DNA from: Candidatus Hydrogenedentota bacterium
GTDB taxonomy: Bacteria > Hydrogenedentota > Hydrogenedentia > Hydrogenedentales > JAEUWI01
Length of the DNA stretch: 64,000 bases
Reading direction: 5' to 3'
Assembly: GCA_034669905.1 (NCBI GenBank)
Contig: JAXMOL010000003.1
Location: forward strand, 160,001 to 224,000
The position numbers and the translations under genes were made by a program. Below are positions 43,889 through 54,289 of the stretch, piece by piece. Under the pieces are notes generated by a model. The model was not told the DNA's origin and made no database searches. It saw only the letters and a list, made by a program, of their open reading frames with translations. Every line of letters starts with the position of its first letter. The stretch's first letter is position 1.

Positions 43889-45160
43889 TCAGGAGCCCGT
43901 CACCACGGCCCGCTCTCTGTCCCACGCCATCATCTTTTTGTGGAACCAGGAGAGGTTGGCCATACGCACAGCGGTCACGCCGTAGAGGCCGATTTCCGCG
44001 GAGCAATTGAGCGCTGCACCGTCGCGAATGGCCGCGTGGTGGTTGCGGTGGTGGGGGTCGAGATCTTCCGCACCGGTTTTCTTATGGGTCTCAATGATGG
44101 CGCTCTTGTCGGCCTTGAGGTCGCTCTTGATTTCCCAGCCTTTGCTGGTGAACTTCAGGGTGGCGTCCGTGCCGCGAATGCAGTGGTCATTGCCATCGTC
44201 ATTCGCCATCGTGCCAAGCACGTGGACCGTCATGCCGTTGGTGATGCCTTCTTTGGCGGGGTATTCGGCCATCATCTCGAAACTGTCGGGAAGGTCCCGG
44301 CCATCGTCCCAGGTGTAGATGCCGCCCATGCCGACCACGCGGTCGGGCAATTCGAGTCCACAGGCCTTGATGAGGCGGGTCAGGCGGTGGATGAAGAGGT
44401 CGGTGGCCACCCCACCGGAATAATCGCGGAAGCAGCGCCACTCGTAATAGCGGCTGGGATCCCACTCATGGATGGGCGCGGGTTTCTGCCACGCGTCCCA
44501 ATCGAGGTCGGCAGGCTTGGGCGCGTTTGGATCACCGCCACGACGCCAGGGACCCTTGCCTTCGTAGTTGCGCACATAGTCGATCTGGGCGTGGACCAGC
44601 TTACCGAGCTTGCCCGCCTTGATGGCTTCATAGGCGCTGGAGTAGCTGTCGTCCGCCGTGCCCTGCACACCCACCTGAAGCTTCAAACCCGTCTGCTTCA
44701 CTTTTTCCACAACTGCCTGGGCTTCTTTGATGTCGTGGGTCATGGGCTTTTCGACGTAGACATGCTTACCCGCGTCGAGGGCATCCAGCGTGATGTAGGC
44801 GTGGGAATGCTCCGGCGTGGCAATCAGCACATAGTCGATGTCTTCCCGCGCCAGGATGTCCTGGTAGCTGTTGTGCAGGGTGGCATCGCCACCGGCTTCC
44901 TTGATCTTATCCTGGAAGCCCTGGGCCCGCTTGGTGTAGACGTCATTGACCGCCACCAGATCGACGTTTTCGCTGTCCTTAATTTTGAGCATGGTCTTGA
45001 GGTGACCACCCGCCATACCGCCACAGCCGATGAAGCCCATGCGCAGGCGGTTGTTGGCACCGGATACCTGGGCGTAGCTCTTGGCCGTCATGGCCATGGC
45101 CCCGGCAGCCGTACCGGTCTGGATGAAGGTACGGCGGTTGATTGGAGATTTGGAGGACAT
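43889..45160 (-). CDS. Gfo/Idh/MocA family oxidoreductase, Tat signal
   Basis: NRRTFI, GFIGCGGM, IATPEHSH, HVYVEKPM, DYSGGVATD..IH. Confidence 0.92.
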   Translation of the reverse strand: MSSKSPINRRTFIQTGTAAGAMAMTAKSYAQVSGANNRLRMGFIGCGGMAGGHLKTMLKIKDSENVDLVAVNDVYTKRAQGFQDKIKEAGGDATLHNSYQDILAREDIDYVLIATPEHSHAYITLDALDAGKHVYVEKPMTHDIKEAQAVVEKVKQTGLKLQVGVQGTADDSYSSAYEAIKAGKLGKLVHAQIDYVRNYEGKGPWRRGGDPNAPKPADLDWDAWQKPAPIHEWDPSRYYEWRCFRDYSGGVATDLFIHRLTRLIKACGLELPDRVVGMGGIYTWDDGRDLPDSFEMMAEYPAKEGITNGMTVHVLGTMANDDGNDHCIRGTDATLKFTSKGWEIKSDLKADKSAIIETHKKTGAEDLDPHHRNHHAAIRDGAALNCSAEIGLYGVTAVRMANLSWFHKKMMAWDRERAVVTGS

Positions 45161-45359
45161 CTATAGGGGATCCTTTCGAAAGGGGAGGGTTAACGTGATG
45201 TACACATTCGCTGCATAGGATAGGGTGGAAGGCGTCCGGGTTACAAGTCCGGTGCCGGTGCCCGCGGTGCGCGGGGGAGGATGGCCCCTCGCAATCGGTG
45301 GCGAAGTATGGTAGGCTTTACACGGTGAATCGTGGTACCTTAGTATTCAGGAGTGGATT

Positions 45360-46418
45360 ATGAATGTATTCGGTAGGACGCTGGTGGCGCTGCTGTGCGG
45401 GCTTGCGCCCCTGGTGAGCGCGGCACCCTTCTACGCCGATAAAGTCCATCTCCTGACCTACCAGAATGCCGCAGGTGAGTCCGTTCCCGTGAAGACGGCC
45501 GACGATTGGGCGATTCGTCGCGCCCACATCCTCGAAAACATGCAGGCCGTCATGGGCCCCTTCCCGAGCCACCCCCGGGGCGACCTGGACATCCAGGTAC
45601 TCGCTGAGACGGTTTTCCCCACCTATACCCGCAAGCAGATTAGCTTCCTCAGCGAACCCGGCGATCGGGTTTCCGCCTACCTCTGCATTCCCCATCACAT
45701 CACCGGGAAAACGGCCGGTATCGTGGCCCTTCATCAGACCTACGCCAAGGGGAAGGATGAAGTGGTAGGGCGCAACGGCTCCAACAACCTCCGCTATGGA
45801 CACGAACTTGCCGAGCGGGGCTATGTGGTCATTGCCCCCGATTATCCCCGCTTTGGTGGCTATGACATCGACGTCTACGCCATGGGCTATAAGAGCGCGA
45901 CCATGAAGGGGATCTGGAACCACATGCGTTGCGTGGATTTGCTCCAGTCCCTGCCCGAAGTCGACCCGGAACGTATTGGCGCGATTGGCCACTCGCTGGG
46001 CGGCCACAATACGCTCTTTGTCGGTGCCATTGATACGCGCATCAAGGCCCTCGTGACGAGTTGCGGTTTTACCCGCTTTCCTCGCTACTACGAAGGGGAC
46101 GTGACCGGGTGGACCCACAAAGGCTACATGCCCGCCATCGCCACGGAATACGACAAAGACCCGGCGAAGATGCCCTTTGACTTTACCGAGATACTCGGTG
46201 CTTTGGCGCCCCGGGCCCTCTTTATCAACGCCCCCCTGAGCGACAGCAATTTTGACGTGACGGGTGTGCGGGAATGCGTGGCGTCGGCCCTGCCCGTCTA
46301 CGCCCTCTATGGCGCAACGGCCCAGGTGGAAGCGGCCTGTCCCGAAAGCACCCACGATTTTCCACCCGCACAGCGTAGTGCGGCCTACGCCATGCTGGAT
46401 CGGACCCTGCGCCCTTAA
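45360..46418 (+). CDS. Secreted alpha/beta hydrolase (dienelactone hydrolase/acetylxylan esterase-like)
   Basis: Signal peptide, ELAERGYVVIAPD, RIGAIGHSLGG, APRALF, HDFP. Confidence 0.88.
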   Translation: MNVFGRTLVALLCGLAPLVSAAPFYADKVHLLTYQNAAGESVPVKTADDWAIRRAHILENMQAVMGPFPSHPRGDLDIQVLAETVFPTYTRKQISFLSEPGDRVSAYLCIPHHITGKTAGIVALHQTYAKGKDEVVGRNGSNNLRYGHELAERGYVVIAPDYPRFGGYDIDVYAMGYKSATMKGIWNHMRCVDLLQSLPEVDPERIGAIGHSLGGHNTLFVGAIDTRIKALVTSCGFTRFPRYYEGDVTGWTHKGYMPAIATEYDKDPAKMPFDFTEILGALAPRALFINAPLSDSNFDVTGVRECVASALPVYALYGATAQVEAACPESTHDFPPAQRSAAYAMLDRTLRP

Positions 46419-46557
46419 CCCTGCTTTTTACGTGCCGTCATGTTCGACGCGTTGGGAACTGCGACCCATGTCGCACGTAATCAAAAGCCGCCCGCTGCAC
46501 GATTGTGCAGCGGGCGGTACTTCATTACGCGAAGTTTCGCGGCTATTCCAGGGATGG

Positions 46558-46845
46558 GGCGGGCTTACAGCCCTTTACCCTATGACGTATCGCGATACCC
46601 AGGCCTTCCGCCTGGGCTGGTATGGTACGCGCCGTTGGCGCTCATGCCGTCAACTTCAACGGCTCCTCGGCCCTCTAAGAGGCCAACGGCCTGGTGACAT
46701 ACCCGCATGGGCCATCGGTCCATGCTCACGGTCTGTTAGCGTGCTCCGGCTTCCTTCCTGAAGGCCAACGGCCTGGTAACATACCAGCATGGGCCAACGG
46801 CCCATGAACCGAGCAGATTCCAGCGCACAAGGGCTGAAAGTCCGC
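46558..46845. repeat. MITE/REPIN-like element, copy 1 (family also at 55427-55631 and 59336-59541)
   Basis: Ends GGGCTTACAGCCCT and AGGGCTGAAAGTCCG. Internal duplicated AGGCCAACGGCCTGGT.ACATACC.GCATGGGCCA.CGG.CCATG. Confidence 0.75.
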
Positions 46846-46852
46846 TCCATAA

Positions 46853-47695
46853 TTAGCTATTCCATTTGTCCTTGATCAGCTTCAGCCCATTCACCGCGAG
46901 GTATTCTTCGCTGGGGGCCATGGTGCGCCAGATGCAGGTGGCACCGGCCAGATCGGGAATCCAGGAGCCAAAGGCTTCGATGACCATCCAGCCGTCGTAG
47001 CCGATTTCTTTGAGGGCCTTGAACGAGGTGTCGTAGTCGATGTGGTCGTCGCCGGGCGTGGAGCGGTCGTTGGCCGAGATGTGCACGTGATTGATGCAGT
47101 CGCCTCCGGCCTTCACGGCTTCGGCGAGTCCCTTTTCTTCGATGTTGGCGTGGAAGGTATCAAACATTTCCCCCACCGCAGGCACGTCGATGGCCTTTAC
47201 CAGCTTGGCCGCATCGACCTGGGTATTGAGGAAATAGGTTTCGAAGCGGTTCAGGGGCTCAATTGAGAGGGCCACGCCCTTCTCGGTGGCATAGGCGCCC
47301 ACTTCCTTGAACCCGGCCACGGCCCGGTCAAATTCTTCCGGCACGGGACCCCGACCAACCAGTCGGCCCACGGGGCTGTAGAGGGGCCCGAGGAGGGTTT
47401 CGGAACCCAATACGACGCAGGTGTCAATACAGGCTTTCAGGTGGTCTACCGCGGCCTGACGCTCACCGGCTTCTTCCCCGATGAGGTTGGCCCCTTCGGG
47501 CATGACCGTCACCGCAGTACGGCCCAGGCCGAGTTCGTCGCACTTGGCGGCCAGGCTTTCCCAGGGCGAGCCCTTGGGGTCAAACATGGGGAACTCGACC
47601 CCGTCGAAGCCCCAGCCCTTAATATCTTCCAACAGACCGAGGTGGCTTTCGTCGGCACTACCGGTCCACAGCAATAAATTCATCCCAACTTTCAC
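46853..47695 (-). CDS. Sugar phosphate isomerase/epimerase (D-psicose/D-tagatose 3-epimerase-like)
   Basis: GFDGVEFP, IEPLNRFETY, DTFHANIEE, HVHISANDRSTPG, IEAF. GTG start with AAGGAG RBS. Confidence 0.9.
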   Translation of the reverse strand: MKVGMNLLLWTGSADESHLGLLEDIKGWGFDGVEFPMFDPKGSPWESLAAKCDELGLGRTAVTVMPEGANLIGEEAGERQAAVDHLKACIDTCVVLGSETLLGPLYSPVGRLVGRGPVPEEFDRAVAGFKEVGAYATEKGVALSIEPLNRFETYFLNTQVDAAKLVKAIDVPAVGEMFDTFHANIEEKGLAEAVKAGGDCINHVHISANDRSTPGDDHIDYDTSFKALKEIGYDGWMVIEAFGSWIPDLAGATCIWRTMAPSEEYLAVNGLKLIKDKWNS

Positions 47696-47905
47696 GGGGT
47701 CTCTCCTTTTGACTTTGGGCGGTGGTCTCCACCGCCCTTGCTCATTCGATCAAAGGTTCGCACCAGGCATCACTATTTGCGTACCCGGCTTGCAATACGA
47801 GAGGGTACCATAGCATTGTTTCAGGTTCATCATCGATTGTACATTGAAAGTCGCGGCGTATTGAAACGACACAGGCGGGATTCCCTGCGGAGGATTGACG
47901 ACGAA

Positions 47906-48547
47906 ATGGACTATGACGCACTGAAGTGTAATTTAAAGGCCATTGCAACTTTCCTGGATGACGCCAGCCTGTTGACGTCGGTGGAGGGGTATCTGCTTGA
48001 AATACAGGGCTACACCCTGACGAAGATGGCGAGTGACGGTCCCGGAGTGGGTGCCATCGTCGAAATCGGTAGTTTCAAGGGAAGATCGACGTGCTACCTC
48101 GCCCTGGGAAGTAAACGGACCAATCGGGAGCCGGTGTACGCCATTGACCATTTCGAGGGGTCGCCAGAGCACCAGGAGGGCGCCAAATGTGCGACGAAAG
48201 AGATCGAGACGGAGGGAACGACGTTCAACGTGTTTAAACGGAATATCGAAGCACAGGGGCTCTCGGACTACGTGCGCCCGATTGTGGCGAGTTCCCGCGA
48301 GGCGTCGGCGACGTGGGACCAGCCCATTCGACTCCTGTTTATTGATGGGGACCATTCCTACGAGGCGTCCAGGGAAGACTTTGAATGCTGGGAGCCTTTT
48401 GTGGTCGCGGGAGGGCTGATTGCCTTCCACGATATTGGTCGTGGGCCCGGTGTTACGGAATTCTATAATGAGTTGGTGACTGGGTCTTCGGCCTTTACCC
48501 AGGTGCTTGGGGTGCTCGGTCTCAACGTGTTGCGGAAGGCCGGTTGA
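47906..48547 (+). CDS. Class I SAM-dependent methyltransferase (Methyltransf_24-like)
   Basis: IVEIGSFKGRST, YAIDHF, LLFIDGDHSYE, GGLIAFHD. Confidence 0.88.
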   Translation: MDYDALKCNLKAIATFLDDASLLTSVEGYLLEIQGYTLTKMASDGPGVGAIVEIGSFKGRSTCYLALGSKRTNREPVYAIDHFEGSPEHQEGAKCATKEIETEGTTFNVFKRNIEAQGLSDYVRPIVASSREASATWDQPIRLLFIDGDHSYEASREDFECWEPFVVAGGLIAFHDIGRGPGVTEFYNELVTGSSAFTQVLGVLGLNVLRKAG

Positions 48548-48814
48548 GCGGGGCGTTGGAACCCCGTGGACAGATGCTTTTAACCGGTATATATGGTAGA
48601 CTTCGACGCAGAACGACGTCGGGGCACCCCACCCTTGTGCAGGCTGGCGGTGAAAACGTTGTGGATGCGCGGACCATCCCTATTCAGGTGTCTCAGCGAT
48701 GGCCGGGGCTCTAAGTGCTTTTGTTCCAAACGGTTAAAAGTTTCCTTGGTGAGCTTGAAACTTTTTTGGAACGTCGGGGATACTAAATAACATAACGTAG
48801 GAGTAGTATCTCGC

Positions 48815-51800
48815 ATGTTTTTGAATCCTTCCAGACGATTCGGTGGCCTTGTCGTGGCCGGTGGATTGAGCCTGCTGTCCTGGTCGCCTGTCGCCTCCGC
48901 AGAAGGCCCCACGCCCGAGGCCCTCGACTACTTTGAAACCCATGTGCGCCCGGTGTTGGCGAGCCGCTGTTACCAGTGTCACGGCCCCGAGAAGCAGAAA
49001 ACAGGGCTCCGTCTTGATTCCCGGGCGGCCATGCTGCAGGGGGGCGAAGGCGGTCCGGTATTGCGCGAGGGCGATCAGGCCCTCCAAAGCCGCATTCTGG
49101 GCGTCATCGGCTATGCCCAGCACACCAAGATGCCGCCCGACGCCAAGTTGCCCCAGGAGCAGATCGATGCCCTCACCGAATGGGTAAAGATGGGGGCACC
49201 CTGGCCCGAAGGGGACGCCAACCTGGCCACCACCGCCGCGACACCTTGGGAAGAGCGGGTCGCCGGTGCGAAAGCCACCCACTGGGCTTTCCAGAAAGTC
49301 GCCAATCCCGATGTGCCCGCGGTAGAGACGCCGTCCCCCATCGATGCCTTTGTACAGGCCAAACTCGCGACTGCCGAACTGGCCCCCTCACCCAAAGCCG
49401 ACAAGCGCACCCTCATTCGCCGGGCCTATATGGACCTCACCGGGCTGGCCCCGACGATGGCCGAGGTGCAGGCCTTCGAAGCGGATACCAGCGCCGATGC
49501 CTTCGACAGGGTGATTGAGCATCTGCTGGCATCGCCCCACTACGGCGAGCGCTGGGGCCGCCACTGGCTCGACGTGGCGCGCTACGCCGATACCAAGGGC
49601 TATGTGTTCCAGCAGGAGCGCAACTTTGGTTTTTCCCACACCTACCGCGACTACGTGGTGCGCGCCTTTAACGAAGACCTGCCCTACGACACCTTTCTGA
49701 AACACCAGCTGGCGGCTGACAAAATGGAGCTGGGCGAGGATAAGCGTCCTTTGGCCGCCCTGGGTTACGTGACCCTCGGCCGTCGTTTCGTGGGGAATAT
49801 CCACGACATTACCGATGACCGCATCGACGTGGTCACCCGGGGAATGCAGGGCCTTACCGTGGCCTGCGCCCGGTGCCACGATCACAAGTATGACCCGGTT
49901 TCTGCGAAAGATTATTACGCCCTCTATGGCGTGTTCCGCAGCAGTGTGGAGCCCGGCGAGTTGCCGCTCATCGAGGACCCCGATCCCAATGACCCGGCGT
50001 ACCAGGAGTATCTCGTAGAGCTGGGTAAGAAGCAAGCCGAGCGGGAAGCCTATATCGATAAAATTCAGATTGAGTTGCTGACCCACGTGCGGGACGAAGT
50101 CGGCACCTATTTGAAAGCCGCTGACCTCGCCTGGGATATGGAAGACAAACACCTGAAGGTGGTGGCCAAGGAGCACAAGCTGAAAGGCGACCTGCTCATC
50201 CGCTGGCGCAATCATCTGAAGAAGTTGTCCGAGCAACACCACCCCGTGTTGGCCCCGTGGTTCACCTACCGCGCCGTGCCCGACGAAGAATTCGAAGCAA
50301 AGACGGGCCCACTGGCGAAAGAAATCGCCGGGAAGAAACTGGGTGGCCAGGCCATCAACCCCCGTATCGCCCAACGCTTCGAAGGCGATGCCCCCAAGAC
50401 CATGGATGAGGTCACCGCGCGTATCACGGCAGCCATCCGCGAGGCCGACAAAGCCTGGACCGATACCCTCGCCTCCCACGCGCAGATGGCGACCCGTCAG
50501 CCGGACAATCCGCCGACGGTGCCTACGGCATTAGAAGACGGCAACCTGGACGAGATTCGGCACCTGCTCTATGGGGCGGATAGCCCGGCCAATATTCCCC
50601 GGGGCGATGTGCGCAAACTCAGCGAAGTGCCGATTCAGAATCAGATGCGCAATCGCGACAATGCCATTGCCCGCGTCGAGAGCACCCATCCGGGACGTCC
50701 CAACCGGGCCATGGCCCTGGTGGATGCGCCCAAGCCTTTCGACCCCTATGTATTCCGTCGGGGTAAGGCCGGTAACCGGGGCGATAATGTAGAGCGTCGT
50801 TTCCTCGATGTGCTGTCACCCCCCGACGCCGCGCCCTTTGAAGACGGCAGTGGTCGCCTGGAATTGGCCAACGCCATCGCGACCCACGATAATCCCCTCA
50901 CGGCCCGGGTGATGGTGAACCGGGTCTGGTTGCATCATTTCGGCAAGCCCCTCGTTTCCACGCCCAGTGACTTCGGCGTGCGGAGCGATCCCCCGAGTCA
51001 TCCGGAGCTCCTGGATTTTCTCGCCAGTGAGTTCATGGCCAGTGGCTGGTCGGTCAAGCACCTCCACCGCATGATCATGCAATCCCACACCTATCAGCAG
51101 GATAGTCTCGCCACCGGACCCGGTGTTGGGGTCGATCCCGAGAATCAGTTGCTCTGGCGCCAGAATCGTCAGCGCCTGGATTTCGAAGTTATGCGGGACA
51201 GCGTCTTGCTGGCCGCAGGCACCATCGATCTGAGCATGGGCGGCGAAGGCCAGGAAATGACCACGGCGCCCTTCATGACCCGGCGCACCATCTATGGTCG
51301 TATCGAGCGTCAGAATCTGCCGGCCCTTTTCCGCACCTTCGACTTTGCGAGTCCCGACGCCCACACCCCCATGCGTATCAATACGACGGTGCCCCAACAG
51401 GCCCTCTTCTTGATGAACAGTCCGTTCCTGGCCGAGCAGGCCAAACACCTGGCGGAGCAGGAGTCGGTGGCCCAGAAAGCCACGCCTGAGGAGCGCATCG
51501 CCGCCCTCTACCACACCGTATTTCAGCGGGAACCCGAAGCCCATGAAATCGAGCTGGGCAAGCGTTTTGTTTCCGAATACGGCGCGGCTCCGCCCGAAGA
51601 GTTCGCCAATCCCCGTTGGCAATATGGCTACGGCGCGGTGGATACGGAAAGCGGGATGCTCCAATCCTTCACGCCCTTGCCCCACTTCACGGGCAGCGTG
51701 TGGCAGGGTGGCCCGGAGATTCCCGACCCCAAGCTGGACTGGGCTTCCTTGCGTTCCCATGGCGGACACCCCGGTGGACCGGGCCTCGCCGTGGTGCGTC

Positions 51801-52210
51801 GGTGGACGGCACCTTACGACACGGTGCTCTCGCTGGAAGGTGAACTGAAACACAGCTCCGATCAGGGCGATGGCGTTTATGGCTACGTAGTCTCCAGCCA
51901 ATCGGGCGTCTTGTGGCAGGGCCATGCCTTCAACAATGGAATCGCCACCAACTTTTCAAACGTGACGGTGAAAGCCGGAGAAACCATCGACCTGGTGGTG
52001 GATTGTGGTGCCAATCAGAGTTTCGATTCCTTCACCTGGCATCCCCGTTTCTTCGTTCCGGAAACGATGGTCGCCCAGGTCCCCGCAGGCAGCGACCTCG
52101 AGTGGTTGTCGCGGGTGGACTTCGCTGGCCCCCCGCCAGCCCCTATGGCACCGTGGAGCAAGTATGCCCAGGTGCTTCTCATGTCCAACGAATTCATGTT
52201 TGTGGACTGA
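48815..52210 (+). CDS. Cytochrome c / DUF1549 / DUF1553 protein
   Basis: [63 protein letters not shown]. Confidence 0.93.
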   Translation: MFLNPSRRFGGLVVAGGLSLLSWSPVASAEGPTPEALDYFETHVRPVLASRCYQCHGPEKQKTGLRLDSRAAMLQGGEGGPVLREGDQALQSRILGVIGYAQHTKMPPDAKLPQEQIDALTEWVKMGAPWPEGDANLATTAATPWEERVAGAKATHWAFQKVANPDVPAVETPSPIDAFVQAKLATAELAPSPKADKRTLIRRAYMDLTGLAPTMAEVQAFEADTSADAFDRVIEHLLASPHYGERWGRHWLDVARYADTKGYVFQQERNFGFSHTYRDYVVRAFNEDLPYDTFLKHQLAADKMELGEDKRPLAALGYVTLGRRFVGNIHDITDDRIDVVTRGMQGLTVACARCHDHKYDPVSAKDYYALYGVFRSSVEPGELPLIEDPDPNDPAYQEYLVELGKKQAEREAYIDKIQIELLTHVRDEVGTYLKAADLAWDMEDKHLKVVAKEHKLKGDLLIRWRNHLKKLSEQHHPVLAPWFTYRAVPDEEFEAKTGPLAKEIAGKKLGGQAINPRIAQRFEGDAPKTMDEVTARITAAIREADKAWTDTLASHAQMATRQPDNPPTVPTALEDGNLDEIRHLLYGADSPANIPRGDVRKLSEVPIQNQMRNRDNAIARVESTHPGRPNRAMALVDAPKPFDPYVFRRGKAGNRGDNVERRFLDVLSPPDAAPFEDGSGRLELANAIATHDNPLTARVMVNRVWLHHFGKPLVSTPSDFGVRSDPPSHPELLDFLASEFMASGWSVKHLHRMIMQSHTYQQDSLATGPGVGVDPENQLLWRQNRQRLDFEVMRDSVLLAAGTIDLSMGGEGQEMTTAPFMTRRTIYGRIERQNLPALFRTFDFASPDAHTPMRINTTVPQQALFLMNSPFLAEQAKHLAEQESVAQKATPEERIAALYHTVFQREPEAHEIELGKRFVSEYGAAPPEEFANPRWQYGYGAVDTESGMLQSFTPLPHFTGSVWQGGPEIPDPKLDWASLRSHGGHPGGPGLAVVRRWTAPYDTVLSLEGELKHSSDQGDGVYGYVVSSQSGVLWQGHAFNNGIATNFSNVTVKAGETIDLVVDCGANQSFDSFTWHPRFFVPETMVAQVPAGSDLEWLSRVDFAGPPPAPMAPWSKYAQVLLMSNEFMFVD

Positions 52211-52263
52211 CGGAATTGCGAAATCGATTATCAACTGTGCGCCGCACAGGGAGTATATAGACC

Positions 52264-53700
52264 ATGGGTCATCACAAACCGACCGCAGATGATTTTGTTT
52301 TGAACCGCCGCGATTTTCTCAAGCGGACGGGCATGGGCTTCGGCGCCATGGGCCTGGCTTCGACCCTGCTCCAAGGCGGAGAGGCCTACGGGGCCATCAA
52401 TCCCACGGCCCCGAAGACGCCCCACTTTGAGGGCAAGGCCAAACGGGTGGTCCACATTTTTCACAACGGTGGCCTGTCGCAGGTAGACTCCTTCGACCCC
52501 AAGCCCATGCTGAGCAAGTATGCGGGCCAGGATTTGCCCAATATGAACCTGCGCACGGAACGGCCCACCGGTGCGGCACTGGGTTCGCCCTTTGAATTCA
52601 AAGAGCACGGCGAAAGCCGCATTCCCGTGAGCAGCCTTTTTCCCCACATCGCCGAAAACGTGGACGATATGTGTATCGTCCGCTCCATGTATGCCGACGT
52701 GCCCAACCACGAGCCTTCCCTCTTGCTGATGAACTGCGGCGACGCCCGCCAGATTCGTCCGAGCATGGGTTCCTGGGTGACCTACGGACTCGGCACGGAG
52801 AATCAAAATCTGCCGGGATTTATTTCCATGTGCCCCAAGGGCTATCCCATCCAGGAGTCCCAAAACTGGCAGTCCGGATTTCTTCCCGGCGTGTATCAGG
52901 GGACCTATGTGGACACCCAGCACACGGAAATGGAAAAGCTTATTGCCCACATCGACAACAACTATCAGAACACCAAATCCCAACGCGCCCAGCTCGATCT
53001 CTTGAGTGAGTTGAATCACCGCCATATCGAAGCGCGGAATCACGACAGCGATTTGGAATCCCGTCTTCAGTCTTTCGAGTTGGCCTACCGCATGCAGATT
53101 GACGCGACCGATGCGTTTGATGTGACCCGCGAGCCCGCCTATATCCGCGAGATGTACGGACCCGGTGTTCATGGGCGTCAATGTCTTATTACCCGCCGCC
53201 TGTTGGAGCGGGGTGTGCGTTTTATCCAATTGTGGCACGGCGCCGGCCAGCCCTGGGACAGTCACGACGACATTGAAGAGCGCCATGGCAAGCTGGCGAA
53301 AGAGTGCGATCAGGGCATTGGCGCGCTGTTGAAGGATCTCAAGCAGCGGGGCATGCTGGAAGATACGCTCGTGGTGTGTAGCGGTGAATTTGGCCGCACA
53401 CCCACGGTGGAATTGCCCAAGCCCGGTTCGAACGCCGGTAAGATCAACGGCCGCGATCACAACCACTATGGCTTTACCTGCTGGATGGCCGGTGGCGGCG
53501 TGAAGGGCGGCCACATCCATGGCGCGACCGATGACTTCGGGTATCAGGCCGTGGAAAACCGGGTGCACGTCCATGATCTGCACGCCACCATGTTGCATTT
53601 GCTGGGCTTCAACCACGAGCAATTGACCTACCGCTACGCCGGTCGGGATTTCCGCCTGACCGATGTGCACGGGAATGTGGTCCACGACATCGTGGCGTAG
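52264..53700 (+). CDS. DUF1501 domain protein (Tat signal)
   Basis: NRRDFL, AKRVVHIFHNGGLSQVDSFDPKP, WDSH, GEFGRTP, GRDHN. Confidence 0.93.
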   Translation: MGHHKPTADDFVLNRRDFLKRTGMGFGAMGLASTLLQGGEAYGAINPTAPKTPHFEGKAKRVVHIFHNGGLSQVDSFDPKPMLSKYAGQDLPNMNLRTERPTGAALGSPFEFKEHGESRIPVSSLFPHIAENVDDMCIVRSMYADVPNHEPSLLLMNCGDARQIRPSMGSWVTYGLGTENQNLPGFISMCPKGYPIQESQNWQSGFLPGVYQGTYVDTQHTEMEKLIAHIDNNYQNTKSQRAQLDLLSELNHRHIEARNHDSDLESRLQSFELAYRMQIDATDAFDVTREPAYIREMYGPGVHGRQCLITRRLLERGVRFIQLWHGAGQPWDSHDDIEERHGKLAKECDQGIGALLKDLKQRGMLEDTLVVCSGEFGRTPTVELPKPGSNAGKINGRDHNHYGFTCWMAGGGVKGGHIHGATDDFGYQAVENRVHVHDLHATMLHLLGFNHEQLTYRYAGRDFRLTDVHGNVVHDIVA

Positions 53701-53710
53701 AAGCTGAGTC

Positions 53711-54180
53711 GCTACCACGGAAGTTGGTCTCGTTCACACGGTGTCACGAGCGAGAGATCGTCATTCCCGCGAAGGCGGGAATCCAGCAAGTCTTTTCGCC
53801 GCCGTTTCCACGTTTCTGGATCCCCGCCTCCGCGGGGATGACGGCATCATCGAATCTGGTCTCGTTCCCACGGTCCTCCGTGGGAATGCCCGCCTTGCCG
53901 CTCCAGCGGCAATTCGCCGCAGGCGAAGGGTGGAACGGTGAGCGTGCTCCTGCGCGGGCACCGGGCTTCGCACCTATTCGCTTCCGGGGGACCGGAAGGG
54001 TAGTGCGTAACACCGGGGGACCGGTGGCACGCGCGAGAGATCGTCATTCCCGCGGAGGCGGGAATCCAGCAGGTATTCTCGCCGCCGTTGCCGCGATTCT
54101 GGATCCCCGCCTCCGCGGGGATGACGGCATCACCGAATCAGGTCTCGTTCCCACGGTGTCACGCGCGCGTTGGGATGCCC
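53711..54180. repeat. Composite intergenic repeat cluster with two CGTC-type REP dimers
   Basis: CGTCATTCCCGCG.AGGCGGGAATCCAG...CTGGATCCCCGCCTCCGCGGGGATGACG at 53759-53843 and 54042-54126. GGTCTCGTTC(C/A)CACGGT three times. Confidence 0.9.
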
Positions 54181-54289
54181 CTTCGTGTGCGGGGCGCTCG
54201 ACGGGCATGCTATGCTATGCGCATAAATGGGCGCACTGGTAGATGAATCGCAACGAACCCGTGAATGACATGCAGGAGTGGTAGTGTTT

